A DNA stretch of 64,000 nucleotides from the NCBI RefSeq assembly GCF_009834535.1, contig NC_045707.1:58530001-58594000 (forward strand). Reading direction: 5' to 3'. A program made the translations under genes and the position numbers. The first letter of the stretch is position 1, and the number at the start of each line of letters is the position of its first letter. This document shows, piece by piece, positions 57,351-64,000 of the stretch. Below the pieces are notes generated by a model, which saw only the letters and a program-made list of their open reading frames with translations, was not told where the DNA came from and made no database searches. This DNA comes from Camelus ferus (lineage: Eukaryota).

Positions 57351-58129
57351 CTATAGTGTAAAGGACTTGCCCACTATGAGAGTAGAAGCTAAAAAAATTG
57401 TGTTTTTTTGAAGGAGTTTCAGACTATAACCCTTAGTAAGTAGTACATTTTATATTGTGCTCCAGTACACACTTTCCTTCTATATGTTATATATGAAACA
57501 TGTTTCATATAAAAAAACAACTTGCCTTACCATGTGTGAAATATTCTTATATATTCCATTCTATGCTGTTCTTTTTATTAAAAATTTCTGGTTGTCTATG
57601 TTAGTAGTTTCACAATCCACTACTGGTTTGAGACCTACAGTTGGGAAAGTCACTATATAATAAGGGGCGTGTGGAGATAGAATAACACTAAATGGGGCTA
57701 ACAGAAACTAAAGATGCCATTTATTAAGAATCTACTATGTGCCAAAATACTGTCGTTGAGATTTAAGTATAATATCCTCAATTCTTGTTATAACTTGAAA
57801 AGTAACTTGGTCTTTTTTTTACAGAAAAAAAGTGGGTTGTGGAGAGGTTAGGTGATTTGTTTTATGTGGATTTAGTCTGATTTAAGGTTCCTTCCACTTG
57901 TCTACTCTAAGTATTCTGAAACAATGCAGTCAGCACTGGAAAGGTATTTATGACATTCTTTTGAATTGCTTTGCTGGTAAATAGCAAACACAAGTCATCT
58001 GACTGATAGGAAACAGACTGAATGACTTTGGAGGTGTGGTCATTTAGTTTGTTAGAGTGGAATTTAGCACCTGGAATATGCCAAGAGAAATACTGTTGAA
58101 TAGAAAAGTAAATTCCCTTCTAGAAGAAA

Positions 58130-58600
58130 GTTCCGGCCAAAGGACATGAGCAGGCAATTCTAAAAGAAAGAAACATAAATCCCTCCTGACCAAAAAAAAA
58201 AAAAAAAAAAAAAAAAAAGAAGTGTTTAATTTCACAAATAGTCAAAGAATTGAACGTAAATATATATTCATTTGTAAACGTGGCTGAATAAAGATATGGA
58301 GGTGAGGATGCAAAGAACTTGGCAATTGGGAAGGTCGGTAGATTAGAGAAATACATTACAAGGCCAAAGTGACAGAACATTTTAAAAGCTACAGAAGCAC
58401 TCATTCTTCTTCTAGGAATTTATAATAATCAATCTTAACTGTACAAACAACTTAATAGAAGGATATTTATAGTAACTTATTTACAATATTAGAAAACCAG
58501 AAACTACCTAACAGACTTTCTTAAATCGTGGTAATCCATAAAATGATGTTATTAAAATTATCTTAAAGGTAAATATTTACAAACCTGGAAATATATTAAC
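58130..58600 (+). mobile_element. Highly degraded L1ME-like ORF2 end, with internal A-run
   Basis: AAAGGACATGAGCAGGCAATTC, TTCTTCTTCTAGGAATTTAT, AAGGATATTTATAGTAAC, AAAACCAGAAACTACCTAA. Confidence 0.6.
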
Positions 58601-59483
58601 GAGTTACATAAAAATGCAAATTAGGAAATATTATATAAAGCACATCCAATTTCTCTAAATAAGATCTTTTGTATAAATGAGGTTGGAAATATACATTTAA
58701 AAATGTTAACCTTGTGCTCGAATATTTGCTGGTTTTTTTCCCACCTGTATGTTTAGATATTGTCAATATATCATAAACCTGAATTATTTTAAATTGCACA
58801 GAGGAAAAAAAAAAACCTTTAAAACTGTTTTGCTTCTGAGAAAACTGTATCTTGCCGAGTTCTATTTCCTAATGCCAGATTTTCAAAAAAATGCTTTAAA
58901 ATGGAATGTAAAGAGGTAAATTGCAGGGAAGAAGAATTCAGCTACATATTTAGCAAATATAATATGCAAAATGGCCACTGGTTAAAATAGAATGGAGAAA
59001 ACACTTTAAGGTATCATAAAGGTTAATACACTTGTGGTATAATATGAGGAAAATCAGGATTTTGGTTGCCATGACAACTTCCCTCTGCCCCTTACATTTA
59101 TTCTACTTAGTAGGACTTTAATTATGTCTATCTCTATGTCTGCAAATTGATATGGATTTCTCAGATTATATAGTGAGATAGTCTACATACTGCATAAACA
59201 CGATTTTTGATGAAGCACTATTTCTATCTCTATTTAAGTATTGTATTTTATAATAATGGCATACAGAATTAAGCAAACAGGAGAAGGTCAAGGAAATATT
59301 GAAAAATATATTATTCCTAAGAAATAAAAAGTATTCTAACACAGAAATGCCCCAAGCTGAAAATAATTCTTGCAGAAATGATTACAGAGTCCAGGAGATA
59401 TCACAGAATGTGTTCAGAATGTGTTCATGAGGTGGAAGGTAGAACGTATTGATTTTCGCCCACCAGAAGTTCCGTTGACCTTC

Positions 59484-59896
59484 TGTAGGTGTAGGTGAGA
59501 GCCAGAAGAGGATGCTGTGTGCATCTGTCTCTCTGTTTCAGGAATGAGGCCTCAGTTTCAGGGAGCACTGCCTACTGACAGCTCACAGTCAGGAGCCTCT
59601 CCTAAAGAATTGCCCTTGGGTAAAGGGACCTGCCATGCTCAAGGTCAAACCCACTTCCTCAGGGACAGCCCACATCCAGTGACTGGTGGGTGCTGATGTA
59701 AAGGCCAGGCTTCTTGCCTCAATTTGGCTCAACTCTGAAGGGCCCTGTGGGATAGCTGAAGGCTGTGGTTAACTGCAACTCAGTTCAGCAACTCCCTTTG
59801 CCCAAGCCTGCTTCCGCCACTCCATTACATGGAAAGCATTTCCCGGCAAGCTACCTCTGACTCAGAGCAGCTTCCCAGGAAATCCCACCTGTGACA
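59484..59896 (+). mobile_element. ERVL solo LTR, LTR16-like
   Basis: GAATTGCCCTTGG, CAAGGTCA, GGGACAGCCCACATCCAGTGACTG, CAACTCTGAAGGGCC, and 3' end CTCAGAGCAGCTTCCCAGGAAATCCCACCTGTGACA. Confidence 0.82.
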
Positions 59897-60617
59897 CCCA
59901 CTCTGAAAGATATTTGGAAAAAAAATAAATAAGTCACTGTCAAAGATTTCATTTAAATTCTTTCCAAACCCTAGGATCCTTAGCCAGTGAGTGAAGTCTA
60001 GCAGCATTATCAAAACCTTCCACAAGTTTGCAAATGTTTGAATGACAGGCTTGAGGTGTAGTGTCGCTCTGGTTTAGATAGTTCCTCTTGCTTTAAGTAA
60101 AAGAGATTATCTGGTCCCTGTCATGGCGGTAGGGAGCTGACTTCCGGCGATAGTCTCAGTAAAATGGCTCGAGATGAAAGGTGGTTTTCAGGCCTTGGAG
60201 CCACAGGAAGCACAGCAGGCAGCCAACCTTCATGAAACCATAAAATGTAAGGGTTCCTGGATCCTTTTTCTTTTTCTCTTTTAAAATTCAAAATAGATTC
60301 AGTCACCTCTAGATTTTACCCATTTATCTCACTGCAAAAGTCACCTAAGAGGTGCAGGGAAGATTTTGCTTAAGAGTGTGGTTCTCAGCCAGTAACTCTC
60401 ATAAATGACTGCAAATTTGAACACAAATGGGCCTGCTTAGCTTTACTTTGAAAGAGGGCTCAACATGCCTCCCCAGTCCTACAAATACCACAGTGCTAAT
60501 AGGGAAGAGGCGTGTGGATTATGCTGAAGGTGTCTTTGGAAAAATATAAGGAGAGAGGAAAGAGTGAGCACTCACCAGCTCCGTTTCTTCAGCATCCCTT
60601 ATTGAATCATTGAGTAC

Positions 60618-60720
60618 TTGGGGGTATGATTAACATACAAAAAGCTGTACCTATTTGATGTATACAACTTGATGAGTTAGGAAATACGCAAACATCTGTG
60701 TACACCATCGCCATCATCTC
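60618..60720 (-). mobile_element. Short L1MB-like 3' end fragment
   Basis: GGTATGATTAACATACAAAAAGCTGTACCTATTTGATGTATACAACTTGATGAGTT. Confidence 0.7.
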
Positions 60721-63234
60721 CCGTTCCCCGCTCTGTAGAAGCTGCTCCCCGTGTTCCCTCTCCCTTCTGCCACGCCTGTCTCCCTGCAGTCTCCTACAGC
60801 CAGGCTGGCTTTCCCTCTCCTATCTTTCTGCCCTGTCTCTCTTCTCTGATCAACATCCTCCTGCTCTTCTCATCACTCTTTTCTTTCTTCTTAGTCTTTT
60901 TTTCCTCCAAAGAGGGGATCCATACTTATTTACTGGTAGGTCTCACTTATTATGTACTAGGTACTTGATGCACGTTATGAGCGTTTAATGAGCCCTCTGT
61001 TTCACGTAGAGACAGAGAAAAAGAGATAACATGCTCACTGTCACAGGGTTAACAGGTGGTGGTGGAGCCAGAGTTCCCAACACAGCTCACCCCCAGACTC
61101 ATATCCTTATCACCAGGCTTCCCTCAGGTCATCCTGTTTCCTTGCCCTAGTTTTGCGTTCTGAGTTTCAGTACATAGTATCCTGCAGATACTAATTTTGA
61201 TAGTGATCTGAGTCTCTGTACCTTGTAATCTAGAGCGCGTAATGAGAAGTAAAACCTACGGTGTAGGTGTACTAGGTTCCGTCGTTTCCAGAATATTTGG
61301 ATTTACAGCCAGCGGCGGTGAATTCTGTTGCTAAGTCTGCTCTGCCTTCCTAACGAGACGTGCATGGAGGAGTGAAAAGACTGATGGTACAGAGTGATGT
61401 GGGGCCCCTGTTGTGTAGCTTTGGAACAATAGATTTCCCCCCACATTTTTATGTCTCTGACCTGGGGATCTGCCTTAGAATCTAGGGTGTCTTACTATCG
61501 CTGTCCACCAGGCTTGGGCACCGCCGACTTTCTTCTTACTCCATTGATGTTCCAGTAACAAATCATTTAAAGGCCAGGAGAGGAAAGGAGCTGAGTCCTG
61601 GCTGTGGCCTGAGCTTTCTATTTTGAGCCTATACAACCCAAGCTGGCCAGATGAGAGTCAAACAGCTTGGAAGGTTTTAGAAGCACTAATGGAACAATAT
61701 TTAAAGAAATGCTTTGTCTAACCCTCTTGAGGGCACAAAGGAAAATGGTTTGTAAGAAACTATGGGTACCATCAACTCCAAGTTGAGAACAGACTTAGAA
61801 ATCTTAGTAATTTATTAACCAGTCTCTTTTGCTTTTATCTTCCTCTCTTGCATGCACAGAAGTGACACAAAATAAAATCTGTCTACATAAGTCAATGAAA
61901 TTTCAGCAAGTACAAAATAAAAATTCATGTGATGGGCAACTGTTTTTTTTGACATAGTTTAATTTGCAGCAGTTTTTTCTTGGTGGTGTTTAAAATAATG
62001 GTTTCTTTTGGTACATGAAGCAGAGATTTCCTAAAGAATGAAGAGAAAGCATGAGCCTTGCTTGCAAATAATGTATTATAAAGTAATGAACTGTATAAAA
62101 TTTTAAACAAACTGAGTTTCTCATTCCCAGAAGATCAATCACAATTACATTTAGCAATTATAGTTAGCATAAATTTCAAGAAGAACTAACTAAAATAAAA
62201 ATGAATCCATGAGCCAAATGAAAACTATACTCATTGCTAAATTATTTCTCCCTGTAGACGTATAATATAGAGAGTGAGAGAATGGAAACAAAGCCCATCC
62301 AAGTCAAAATCCAAGTACTGAATTACTGTAATAATGAAACAGAAAATCAAGATTTCTTAAACAAATGGAAAATTCCCCACTTTGAACAGGGAAAGAAATC
62401 TTGGAAATTGGGATACCAGAGATGTCTCTAAAAGCACTGAATAATAAATTCACAAATGTAAAGTTACTTTTCTAACCCACTTATTGTGTACCCACTTTCC
62501 CACTAATGTGGTGTCAAAAATTGTCATTTATTTTTCAAAGCACCACTCAGTAACGGAGAACTTTATAGCTTTAAAGGGCCTCCCAAGATTTTGCTAAGAA
62601 TGGCAGGGGCACGATCAAGAAAAGGCAGCAAATAGCCTTTTCAAATGCATTATGAAGACTTCAAGTGCATTTGTCATGTTTGGAAAATGACTCAGCAAGG
62701 GTCAAAGTCTCTTTTCCTTTTTTGATTAAAAAAGGTAGACATGAAAACCTAGAGATGAAGTGGAAATTCTACATGGGTCGGTTTAGCAGTTTTCACCAAC
62801 AGTGCTCATTGTGCACAATATTAATTGACATGACCTCTTTAGCTTTTTACACAGTAAGATAAAGCTAGGTGCTTCTGGCAGTTTTTGAAGACATACAGGT
62901 TAGCTGGATGAAACTAATTGGCTCTCAAAAGATTTTCTATAGCGGCAGCAGAATAATCATGTGGAATTCCCATTCTCCATTGCTTTGCTGAAACTCAGCT
63001 CTGAATTCTTGCTGTTTGCGAGCTGCAGGCACTTCAGAGAAAATCTAAGCTTGCAACTCAAAGCCCTCTTTTATCAAACTGTGTGCAAACTGTCATTATT
63101 TGTCACACAGTGAAGCAAAACTTTAAAATCGATCTATACACAGTTCAGATGGTGATAAACAGGATGGAAGATTCTGCAGTCTACAGTTTCAAATAGTATG
63201 ATAATAAATGAAAATACCTAACCCTTAATAAGCC

Positions 63235-63410
63235 CATACTATCAGCCAGACATTTTTATAAGAGCTTTAAACACAGACGCTCATTTAATGCTCACAAAAT
63301 AAACCCTGTGAGTCAGGCAAGATTTTCTCTCTACTACAGATGAGAAAACTTAACCAAAGGTTGCACAGCTGGTAGGGGCGGGAGCAAGGATTTGAACTGA
63401 TTCTGCCTTG
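63235..63410 (-). mobile_element. MIR SINE
   Basis: CTCATTTAATGCTCACAA...CCCTGTGAG...TACAGATGAGAAAACT...GGATTTGAAC. Confidence 0.75.
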
Positions 63411-64000
63411 CTAACAAATAAATAAATAAATACATGTTGAATGAATAACTTGTGTGCCTACAATGCATCCAGCATCCTAGGTGCTGTAGATTAATTGACA
63501 GTAGTTATCTACCATCCGTATGCATACAGATGGTTAAAATCCAACGTGACATGTGCTCTAGCAGACATAATGATGGAAATAGTGCTGAGATAACACACCA
63601 TGTCCAAAACCAGGAGGACTTGAAATATCTGAGTATATTTGGGCCTGAAGGCCAAGTTCATATGCCATATATTTATATATATCAGATATGAAATATAAAA
63701 AGTGATATGGCTGCTTCTTCCTGAATTCGACCTTCTCTTGTGTGCCAGTTCATTGGGGAACATGAGACTTGAGTGAATAGACTAAACAATTTACAAAATC
63801 GTAATACACAGAATTGTAGGTTGGCTGCTTACATGACAGCTAGTGCTTCCTTCCTTCTGATTCTAGATCGTACACAATTTTTCAGGCAACTCCTACCCCT
63901 TGTCCCTCACTCATGGGTAAATCACATCAGTCTAGGCCAGTCATGGCAATTCCATTCTTTTCCCCAGTGGTTGATTTACGCAGTGGTCTATGATCCACTT

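Noticed and set aside
59404..59427. Short tandem duplications (CAGAATGTGTT x2; also TCCCTGATCCCCT x2 at 17944-17972)
   Set aside because: Ordinary slippage duplications; not a CRISPR-like or satellite array.

Overview
Eutherian mammalian genomic DNA (AT-rich, CpG-depleted), not prokaryotic. The whole window lies inside synaptotagmin-1 (SYT1), transcribed on the minus strand. Three coding exons are readable: 55561-55396 (aa 1-55, lumenal domain), 8470-8286 (aa 56-117, TM helix, Cys cluster, polybasic juxtamembrane stretch) and 2362-2240 (aa 118-158, acidic linker and start of C2A; missed by the ORF track). They splice in frame with GT-AG introns of 46,925 and 5,923 bp. The promoter, upstream 5'UTR exons and the rest of C2A/C2B lie outside the window. 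The introns hold the usual fossils (L1, L2, MIR, MaLR/ERVL LTRs, hAT-Charlie) plus five tRNA-derived SINEs that I recognise as camelid Vic-1, so the source is probably a camel, llama or alpaca. I found no new biological system. The best leads are an Ala39Thr substitution in the botulinum-toxin-binding lumenal helix, a candidate intronic poly(A) site that would give a C2-less SYT1, the ALK alternative acceptor, a triple-nested L2>5'-inverted L1>L1 structure, two retroelement tails converted to (CA)n, and TE-borne CTCF-like motifs. Repeat family names come from recalled consensus sequences, repeat boundaries are approximate, and orthologue comparisons are from memory.
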